Assembly: GCA_963749705.1 (NCBI GenBank)
Contig: CAVVNQ010000015.1
Span: 416,001-480,000, forward strand
Length of the DNA stretch: 64,000 bases
Reading direction: 5' to 3'
Source of the DNA: an uncultured Chloroflexia bacterium
Lineage (GTDB): Bacteria > Chloroflexota > Limnocylindria > Limnocylindrales > CSP1-4
Shown: positions 63,032 to 64,000 of the stretch, piece by piece
How the letters are laid out: the number at the start of each line of letters is the position of its first letter
Numbering within the stretch: the first letter of the stretch is position 1
Notes under the pieces: generated by a model
What the model saw: only the letters and a program-made list of their open reading frames with translations
Told to the model about the DNA's origin: nothing
Database searches by the model: none
Position numbers and translations under genes: made by a program

Positions 63032-64000
63032 CGGGCGAGGCGCAGCGGATGACGGCCGCGACGGTCCGGCGACGGAGCATGGCCCCGTGGGGGGTCCTCG
63101 GCCTCGCCCTGGTCGTCCTGGGGCTCGCGATCGTGAGCCTGGGCATCGGCCAGGTGACGATCTCGCCGGTCGACGTCATCTCGTCGCTGCTCTCGGGCAC
63201 GGGCACCCTGCACGGCAAGATCGTGTTCGACCTGCGGCTGCCGAGGATCATCATCGCGATGCTCGTCGGGGCGCAGCTCGCGGTCTCCGGGGCGATCCTC
63301 CAGGGCGTCACCCGCAACGCGCTCGCGTCCCCGGACCTGGTCGGGGTCACGGCGGGCGCCGGGTTCGTCGCCGTCCTGATCGTGCTGGTGTTCGTCGACG
63401 TCCCGCGCTTCGTCCTGCCCATCGCCGCGCTGGCGGGTGGGACGGCGAGCGGCACGATCGTGTACCTGCTCGCCTGGAAGAACGGCGTGGCGCCGGAACG
63501 GCTGGCGTTGACCGGGATCGCCGTGACCGCGATCTTCCAGGCCGCCGTGACCGCGATCGTCACCCTCAAGGTGGAGAATGCGAACGTCCAGGTCGCCCTG
63601 ACCTGGCTGGCCGGCTCGCTGTACGGGCGCGGCTGGGAGGACCTCGCGATCATCCTGCCGTGGTCCGTCCTCGGGATCGGCTCCGCGATGGTGCTCGCGC
63701 ACAAGATCAACCTGCTGCTGCTGGGCGATGGCGTTGCCGCCGGCCTCGGCATGCGCGTCGAGGTCGCCCGGATCGCGCTGGTCGCCGTGGCCATCGCGCT
63801 CGCCGCGAGCGCGGTCTCCGTAGCCGGCACCGTCGCCTTCATCGGGCTCGTGATCCCGCACCTGGTCCGGTTGCTGATCGGCGCCAACCACCGGTTCGTG
63901 CTGCCGCTGTCGGCCCTTGCCGGGGCGCTGCTGCTGCTCGTCGCCGACGACATCGCCCGTACCATCATCCCGTCGCGCGAGCTCCCCGCCGGGCTGCTCA
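63028..64000 (+). CDS. Second FecCD family ABC permease (3' truncated)
   Basis: LRLPRII, QGVTRNALASPD, WLAGSL, GTVAFIGLVIPH, ELPAG; not in ORF track because it lacks a stop in the window. Confidence 0.92.
   Translation, partial: MTGEAQRMTAATVRRRSMAPWGVLGLALVVLGLAIVSLGIGQVTISPVDVISSLLSGTGTLHGKIVFDLRLPRIIIAMLVGAQLAVSGAILQGVTRNALASPDLVGVTAGAGFVAVLIVLVFVDVPRFVLPIAALAGGTASGTIVYLLAWKNGVAPERLALTGIAVTAIFQAAVTAIVTLKVENANVQVALTWLAGSLYGRGWEDLAIILPWSVLGIGSAMVLAHKINLLLLGDGVAAGLGMRVEVARIALVAVAIALAASAVSVAGTVAFIGLVIPHLVRLLIGANHRFVLPLSALAGALLLLVADDIARTIIPSRELPAGLL

Overview
High-GC bacterial chromosomal segment (roughly 70% GC by eye, not computed). Gene content and style suggest an uncultured Chloroflexota/Actinomycetota-like genome; this is inference. 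It holds about 68 CDS. I saw no rRNA, tRNA, CRISPR array or transposase. Layout: a core ftsK-rodZ-cinA-murC-yajQ block (1-5.5 kb); mixed metabolic and regulatory genes (TPP enzyme, MFS, PAS-GAF-EAL, LysR, methyltransferase, cupin, DUF6062-kinase fusion, acyl-CoA ligase/GNAT, BNR-propeller plus MoaD); a 23-36 kb redox/sulfur/arsenic island; scattered hydrolases, transporters and LLM oxidoreductases (36-55 kb); and a chrB | COG4280-TldD-TldE block followed by a C45 hydrolase plus Fe-siderophore-type ABC operon at the right edge. The standout is an operon arsR-dsrE-dsrE-tusA-mvhD(variant)-hdrA::GltD(HdrL-like)-hdrA-wHTH-qmoC-like-hemerythrin, with no HdrB, AprAB or hydrogenase in the window. It is bracketed by an arsR-arsP-thioredoxin unit and a MerR-ArsC fusion with a clear MerR-type promoter. 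Other highlights are a 151-nt G-U-rich structured intergenic element (51937-52087), frequent apparent leaderless promoters, and several short indels that probably reflect assembly error. All product calls come from motif recognition by eye; no database searches were run.
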